DNA from: a virus
Taxonomy: Duplodnaviria; Caudoviricetes
Direction: 5' to 3' (one strand)
DNA: 59,301 nt
Virus record (IMG/VR): IMGVR_UViG_3300033155_000832
Coordinates: 1 to 59,301 of that record
The notes under the pieces were generated by a model that was not told where the DNA came from, searched no databases, and was given only the letters and a program-made list of their open reading frames with translations. Made by a program: the position numbers and the translations under genes. Below, in pieces: positions 54,159-59,301 of the stretch; the stretch's first letter is position 1, and each line of letters starts with the position of its first letter.

Positions 54159-55739
54159 TTACGCGAAGGGGTTAAGGAGGTCTAGGAGCCCTGACAGGCC
54201 TTTGAAGAATGAGAGCACGGTCTCAAGCATTATACGATAAGGGTCGACTAAATCGCGCTCTAACTGTGCGAGTGCGATAGATTCGAAGTAATCATTGCCC
54301 CCGTGGCGGTGTAGCTCGAATTCAGTTGACCAGCCACTGCCATCAACCGCATGCTTCACGCGAATCACCATGTAAATACCTGACAACGGGTGTTTACGCT
54401 CGGTTCGATGATCAGCGTACACCACTTCCAGCAGGTCTCCGTTCGTGATGTCGTGCGTCCCTTTAACACGGAGCGTAGCTTGTTGGTTCACCGAACGCGC
54501 GACGTTGTGGTGCAGGCTCGAGCGGTGGAACGTAGTTAACGCAGATCGCCCGGGCACCGGAAGTGATACATGTGTTTCGCTGTTCGAAGGCGTCACGTCC
54601 GCCACTGCGGTTACGTCAGGCACGGTTGCGGGTGTCCCCGTCCCTGTCTCGACATGTGCGTGTGTGGTATCGTTTTCTTGTACGCCTGTGGCCGGTTCCG
54701 CGGCGTGAGTGATAGGCGTACCGTTCTCACTATCTACCCCGTGAAAATAAGCACTGAAGCCTCCTGCGGTGGCCTGCATGTACGTATTATCGGTGGGTGA
54801 GAATTCATATACATCACCCATGGAGTCCCTGTGCACGATATAACTGCGCTTAACTGCGTGATCCTCCGGAGCGTCTGCATCGGTCTCACCGGTTACGAAC
54901 GGTTGGGGTGCGCCTTTCGGTACGAACCGCCAACGCCCGCTATCTACTGCGCTGTAGAACATCATAGGCGTGGAATCAGGCGTCATAGACATAGGCACCA
55001 GCGTACGGATAACCCAGTCATACGCGGTTTGGCCGACAGGTATGTTAAGGTTTTCAATATCGTCAGGAAAGGGGGCGGTTGCGACCGCGTCTAAGTCCCA
55101 GCCCCAGTATTCTGCGAGGCGCTGTAGTACGTGCGTGGGCGTCCACTCTGCGGGCGTGAGCCCAATCGGAGTAAAATCCACGGACGGTACAGGCGCGTGC
55201 GGGTCGTCTGAGTCCTGCTCTCCATCGGCTGATGCGTCTGCGTCGTCGACAGGCGCCTCGGCCTGTGTTTGTGCCTGTTCATCGGATAGTCTGTAAAACT
55301 GACGCGGACCGGCTGTAACCATGTCCGCACCTTTGCCGTCGCCCCCACTGGCTCCTGCATATACAAAGTCTATCGCGATAGATACGCCTTCCACTGCGTA
55401 CTGTGGCTCTATCTTGGTCAACATGCCCTTATACGTAGGAGGCGGTTTTTGCTCTTCATTGTTCGTGTGCCAGCCGAACGATACTTCCACGCGCTTGCGT
55501 CCGTGGGGTACGAGCGCAAGGTTATCGTGTAGCTTCCTATCCACGTCAAACAGCTCGAGCGATCCTAGCCACGCACCTACACCCGGCTGTTCGATCGACA
55601 ACGACTGTAGTACGTCATTAGACTGTACAGGCAAGTCCACGACCTCGAACGAGTCGAACGCGCTCATTGCTATCCGGACGTAAAACCCCGCATAAGAGTC
55701 GCGTTGTTCTTTGGGTGTTCGTGTTCCTAGGAGCTCCAT
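54159..55739 (-). CDS. baseplate hub protein (gp27/late control D-like)
   Basis: V.FGW, ATLRV.G.....GD..EV and SG.Y.V..V.H.VD..GW.T..EL.R motifs; between the LysM-like and gp5-like genes. Confidence 0.7.
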   Translation of the reverse strand: MELLGTRTPKEQRDSYAGFYVRIAMSAFDSFEVVDLPVQSNDVLQSLSIEQPGVGAWLGSLELFDVDRKLHDNLALVPHGRKRVEVSFGWHTNNEEQKPPPTYKGMLTKIEPQYAVEGVSIAIDFVYAGASGGDGKGADMVTAGPRQFYRLSDEQAQTQAEAPVDDADASADGEQDSDDPHAPVPSVDFTPIGLTPAEWTPTHVLQRLAEYWGWDLDAVATAPFPDDIENLNIPVGQTAYDWVIRTLVPMSMTPDSTPMMFYSAVDSGRWRFVPKGAPQPFVTGETDADAPEDHAVKRSYIVHRDSMGDVYEFSPTDNTYMQATAGGFSAYFHGVDSENGTPITHAAEPATGVQENDTTHAHVETGTGTPATVPDVTAVADVTPSNSETHVSLPVPGRSALTTFHRSSLHHNVARSVNQQATLRVKGTHDITNGDLLEVVYADHRTERKHPLSGIYMVIRVKHAVDGSGWSTEFELHRHGGNDYFESIALAQLERDLVDPYRIMLETVLSFFKGLSGLLDLLNPFA

Positions 55740-56041
55740 TATGCTAATCTCGCACTGGTTACAGGGATAGCTTGTCCGTCGTCTAGGTCTTCGGGGTCTA
55801 TCACACCGTTGACGCCCGCGATAGCCCACCACAGGCGCTCATCGCCGTGCGCGGCGCGGGATGCTGTGTCTAACGCTCCGACGTCGGTTCGCTCCAGCAG
55901 GAACATGCGCGTGCTGTCGGACTCCAGCACGAAACTTGGGTAGGTGTACGGTTGCAGTACCGTACGCCCGCGAAACGTATAAGTGGCGCGTAGTGGCTGG
56001 TACCTTATGTGGTACCGAGAGACAGAGGTGTAAGTTGCCAT
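55739..56041 (-). CDS. LysM-like baseplate protein (gp53/tail X-like)
   Basis: LD..S...HGD..LWW.IA..N.V.DP..L..GQ.I motif. Confidence 0.8.
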   Translation of the reverse strand: MATYTSVSRYHIRYQPLRATYTFRGRTVLQPYTYPSFVLESDSTRMFLLERTDVGALDTASRAAHGDERLWWAIAGVNGVIDPEDLDDGQAIPVTSARLA

Positions 56042-56589
56042 TAGAAGCTCAAGAAGGAGTTTAAGTTATTCTGCGAGCCTGACGCGCTTGCCCTGCGCAC
56101 CACCGTAAACTCTAGGTTGAGGTCTGCGTGGTGCGGGAGAAGGGTGCCGGGCTCGTGCACTTCGCCCCACGTTACCTGTACAGACTCCAGCACGCAACGT
56201 GCCACTGCGAGTGTGCCTATCGTAATAATCATAGGCGGTGGCGGGAAGTCGAAGCCGTTCTCACCTCTGACAGGCTCACAGCACGCCTGTAGGGTTCTGA
56301 TAGCTCGCACCATGTCGCGCGCCTGCGCTTCATCATTTGCGGCCATAGACGCGGTCAACGGGTACCTGCGGTTCTGTGTCCCTGTGTACGACATGTAATC
56401 CTCTGCGCGTCCAATGACTGAGCTCGAAGCGTACGTCGCGTTAATGTTCTCTACCAGCGCTTCTGTGCGTAGTCCCGTCAGGTTGATAGGCTCAAAGCCT
56501 GCGGGCGCGGGAAAGCCGTCATCGACCTCTATCAGACAACGTACGCTGTTATTCTCTCCTGTAGGATGGGCAAATATATCGTCGCTCAT
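56041..56589 (-). CDS. tail tube initiator-like protein
   Basis: IGRAE...Y.GT..R, PPP..I.IG and CVL.SV.V.W motifs; follows the tape measure gene. Confidence 0.7.
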   Translation of the reverse strand: MSDDIFAHPTGENNSVRCLIEVDDGFPAPAGFEPINLTGLRTEALVENINATYASSSVIGRAEDYMSYTGTQNRRYPLTASMAANDEAQARDMVRAIRTLQACCEPVRGENGFDFPPPPMIITIGTLAVARCVLESVQVTWGEVHEPGTLLPHHADLNLEFTVVRRASASGSQNNLNSFLSF

Positions 56590-56591
56590 GT

Positions 56592-59301
56592 TTAATGCCC
56601 TCCGTCATATTTGTTACGCACGTCCGAAGCAATCGGGCGCGCTTTGTTGGTGTTCGTCTGCGTAGTGCGAGCAGACGTCCCTGAGGGGCGTGATTGTTGC
56701 AGTCCGATGAGGGTGCTCAAGAGCTCGTGCGTGCGCTTATCCGAAGAGTCGACGCGTCCGCGTACAGTAAGCGCGGTTGTGTTCTCGATCTGCTGGCGCG
56801 ACAGTATGTCACTTGTGACTGCACCGAACCCTTCGGCTCCTAGCGCCTCCATATCCGTAGGTAACTGCAGAGCCGAGGCGCCTGACGTTGCGCCTAGTTG
56901 TGTGTACTTACCTTGAACGATCAACGCACGGTCTAGTAGGTTGCCGATCTGCTCATAACGTGTGACCGCTTCTGCGTATTCTATACCCTTGCCCACGTTT
57001 GATAAGGCTTTGACCACTGTGCTTGACATCCGCGCGTACGCGAGCGCCGAAGTTATAGAACCCTCAGCGTCTCCGCCTTTGCTGGTTAGCTGTGACAGCT
57101 TCGTATTCGTACGCACGGCACCGTATAAGAAATCGGCAATAGCCTCGGAACCTTCTGTAGCGGAGGCTAGCGACGTCTTCTGGTCGTCCGTCAGCGCGTA
57201 GGCCTCTGCCAACTTAAGGGCACCGTCGATAGGGTTGCTCGACCCTCCGAACAGTTTGCTTACCAGTCCGCCTATGGCTCCGAACACGTCGGCCATCGCT
57301 CCGATAGCCTTCGAGGCGCCTGCCCACATACTCCCGCCTGCTTTGGCGGACTCTGCACCTGCGACGGCTAGCATGAACGCGGATAGCGCCATGGCGTTCA
57401 CGGCGGCGGTCTTAAGAACAGACAGATCGACCTTGGCGGAGGAAAAAGCCTTCGCCTTGTCCATCGTAGCCTTAATACCGTCCTCGGTTAGGTTGATACC
57501 GGCAAACGCCATGATAGCGTTGCCGACCGCGGATAGCGTAGTCGTAATACCAGCAAACAGTCCTACCATTCCCGACCCTGTCTTAACCGCGTCATGCGCC
57601 GCAAGTGCCGTCATAAACAGGGTGAGTGATATAGCATTCTTGCTAGCTGTGTCTAAGGTCTCAGCGTTGACCGATTCGTCCGCGAACACCTCCGCGGTCT
57701 TCATTGTGCCCTTTATGCTAGCACGGGTAAGTGCCACAGTAGCGAACGATGTAATAGCGCTCGCGATTGTTAACGGGGCGGACAACAGCGAAGCCATGGT
57801 TCCCGCGAAGTTACCGCTTACAATTAGCGCCATTCCCGCGGACGCTTCCCATGCGAACGCGCCTAACGCAAGTACGTTAATAGCGGCCTTTTTCAGTACG
57901 TTGGGAGCCACTGCAGATGCGAATACGAATGCCTTGCCCATGGTTGTAGTTACGGCTTTACGTGTGCTAGCCACCGGATCCGAGTCGGCCATTCCTGCTA
58001 ACAGCTCTTCGAGTTGTACAAAACCGCTGGCGCTGGCGCTTACGAGAGCATTCGCCCCTATACCTGCGAGAGCAACCGCGGATCCGACTGCGAATATTCC
58101 GATGGCGAAGGCTCCCGCCGCCGCTTTCAACATCATCGTAGCATTCACGCCCTGAAATGCCTCGGCCTTCTCGGTTACGGCGTCGACCATCCCTTTAGTT
58201 ACGGACGAAGAACCTCCGCTCATATCCATGATCAACTCCCCCAGCATGTGTAGTCCCGACCCTGCTGTTGCCAACAGAGAACCGATACCGCTGGCCATGC
58301 CGAACACACCGAACGCGAGCATAAACAGGGCGAGACTTCCGACACCTGCGGACGCCTTCATAACCATACCCGCGTCGATGCCTGCCATAGTCGAGGCTAG
58401 TGCTGTAACGCCTTTAACCATGCCCTGCATTTGCGATATGCCTGTGTCTGCGAGCGACTTCCCAAACTCTGCAATCTTGTCGAAGTACCCGCGTTCTCGG
58501 AAATGATCAAGCGCTGTGATAGCTAGGATGGCGTACGGAGTGGCGACTGCCATGGCAACCAAGCCTGCGGAGCCTGCGAGGGCTGTGACGCCTGCGACTG
58601 CAACCGCACCTAAGACGACTGCGAGGCTGGCGATACCTTTCGCCGCCTGTAGTGCGGTAGGTATGTCGATCATGCTCAACGCGCCTGTTATCTTATTGCT
58701 GAACGCAACCAAGTCTATGAGCGTGTCACCGCGTGTTACTAGATATACTCCGAGAGCTATCAGACCTCCGATGACAAGCGTCGCGACACCTAAACCTGCG
58801 AGGGTTGCGGGGTTGCCGAGCGCTGTGAGTCCGGACGCGAGCCCGCGGAGTGCCCCACCTGAGGCGACGCCCGCACCGCTGACCGACGCGTTCTTTTTGC
58901 CGAGGCTCACCATACTCGTGAGCATACCCATGGCCTTCTTACCGCCACCGGTCGCCATCTTGAGCAGGCCTGCGTGCCCGAATAGTGCGGTTTTGCCTAT
59001 GGACAACAGGCCTAAAGCGGCGATAGCAGTAGTGCTGTTCATTTCTTTCATCGTGTCAACACCCTCGCCCAGACTTACGCCGAAGATACTCACGCCCGCT
59101 AGGCTGTTGGTTATATTGCGCTGAAGTTTCTCGCCCCATGTCACCTGATTCTCCACCGTGTCTGTGAGCACGCCCATCGCGTCCGCAGACGACACCACCA
59201 TGCTGTTCAGGCTCGCGCTAGACTTCAGAACCCCGTCTGAGTGTTTGATCATCTTGGCCATACTCTCGGCGCTCATGCCGATAGCCTCGCCCATCTTCTG
59301 T
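56592..59301 (-). CDS. tape measure protein (5'-truncated by the window)
   Basis: More than 900 aa of Ala/Gly-rich amphipathic repeats upstream of the baseplate genes. Confidence 0.85.
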   Translation of the reverse strand, partial: QKMGEAIGMSAESMAKMIKHSDGVLKSSASLNSMVVSSADAMGVLTDTVENQVTWGEKLQRNITNSLAGVSIFGVSLGEGVDTMKEMNSTTAIAALGLLSIGKTALFGHAGLLKMATGGGKKAMGMLTSMVSLGKKNASVSGAGVASGGALRGLASGLTALGNPATLAGLGVATLVIGGLIALGVYLVTRGDTLIDLVAFSNKITGALSMIDIPTALQAAKGIASLAVVLGAVAVAGVTALAGSAGLVAMAVATPYAILAITALDHFRERGYFDKIAEFGKSLADTGISQMQGMVKGVTALASTMAGIDAGMVMKASAGVGSLALFMLAFGVFGMASGIGSLLATAGSGLHMLGELIMDMSGGSSSVTKGMVDAVTEKAEAFQGVNATMMLKAAAGAFAIGIFAVGSAVALAGIGANALVSASASGFVQLEELLAGMADSDPVASTRKAVTTTMGKAFVFASAVAPNVLKKAAINVLALGAFAWEASAGMALIVSGNFAGTMASLLSAPLTIASAITSFATVALTRASIKGTMKTAEVFADESVNAETLDTASKNAISLTLFMTALAAHDAVKTGSGMVGLFAGITTTLSAVGNAIMAFAGINLTEDGIKATMDKAKAFSSAKVDLSVLKTAAVNAMALSAFMLAVAGAESAKAGGSMWAGASKAIGAMADVFGAIGGLVSKLFGGSSNPIDGALKLAEAYALTDDQKTSLASATEGSEAIADFLYGAVRTNTKLSQLTSKGGDAEGSITSALAYARMSSTVVKALSNVGKGIEYAEAVTRYEQIGNLLDRALIVQGKYTQLGATSGASALQLPTDMEALGAEGFGAVTSDILSRQQIENTTALTVRGRVDSSDKRTHELLSTLIGLQQSRPSGTSARTTQTNTNKARPIASDVRNKYDGGH

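Noticed and set aside
134-59124. Numerous + strand ORFs, up to 306 aa (for example 57235-58155 and 24199-24894)
   Set aside because: They are antisense shadows of well-supported minus-strand genes, Ser/Thr-biased and without recognisable motifs
1-59301. Stop-codon reassignment or a diversity-generating retroelement
   Set aside because: Genes tile fully under the standard code with TAA, TGA and TAG all acting as stops; no reverse transcriptase or TR/VR pair was seen
48177-59301. Bacterial contractile injection system or T6SS rather than a phage
   Set aside because: The tail genes are contiguous with portal, terminase and a complete phage replication block

Overview
This window is an internal segment of a large, tailed, T4-like/myovirus-type dsDNA phage genome. 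Every credible gene is on the minus strand; the + strand ORFs are shadows. In transcription order (right to left) it holds five blocks. (1) Contractile tail and baseplate genes: tape measure, tube initiator, LysM/gp53-like, hub, gp5-like, gp25, gp6, and a lectin/repeat/wedge fusion. (2) A structured non-coding island at about 41.9-42.2 kb. (3) A replication and recombination block: intein-containing UvsW-like helicase, DnaB helicase, primase, PolA with a UDG-like domain, UvsY-like, SSB, RecA, ParB, 5'-3' exonuclease, SbcD/SbcC and a resolvase. (4) A packaging block: two HU-like genes, intein-containing terminase, portal and head morphogenesis protein. (5) An accessory region with NAD-dependent ligase, DUF932, a beta-clamp-like protein, a degenerate HNH and a MAM-domain fibre cluster. 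The most notable non-coding signals are five copies of GTGACA-N3-TGTCAC (candidate parS or operator sites for the phage ParB, two of them bracketing a promoter-driven hairpin cluster that may be an origin or ncRNA) and a family of repeated promoter-plus-leader cassettes heading single accessory genes. I saw no tRNA, rRNA, CRISPR array or integrase. All product calls come from motif recognition by eye, not database searches.
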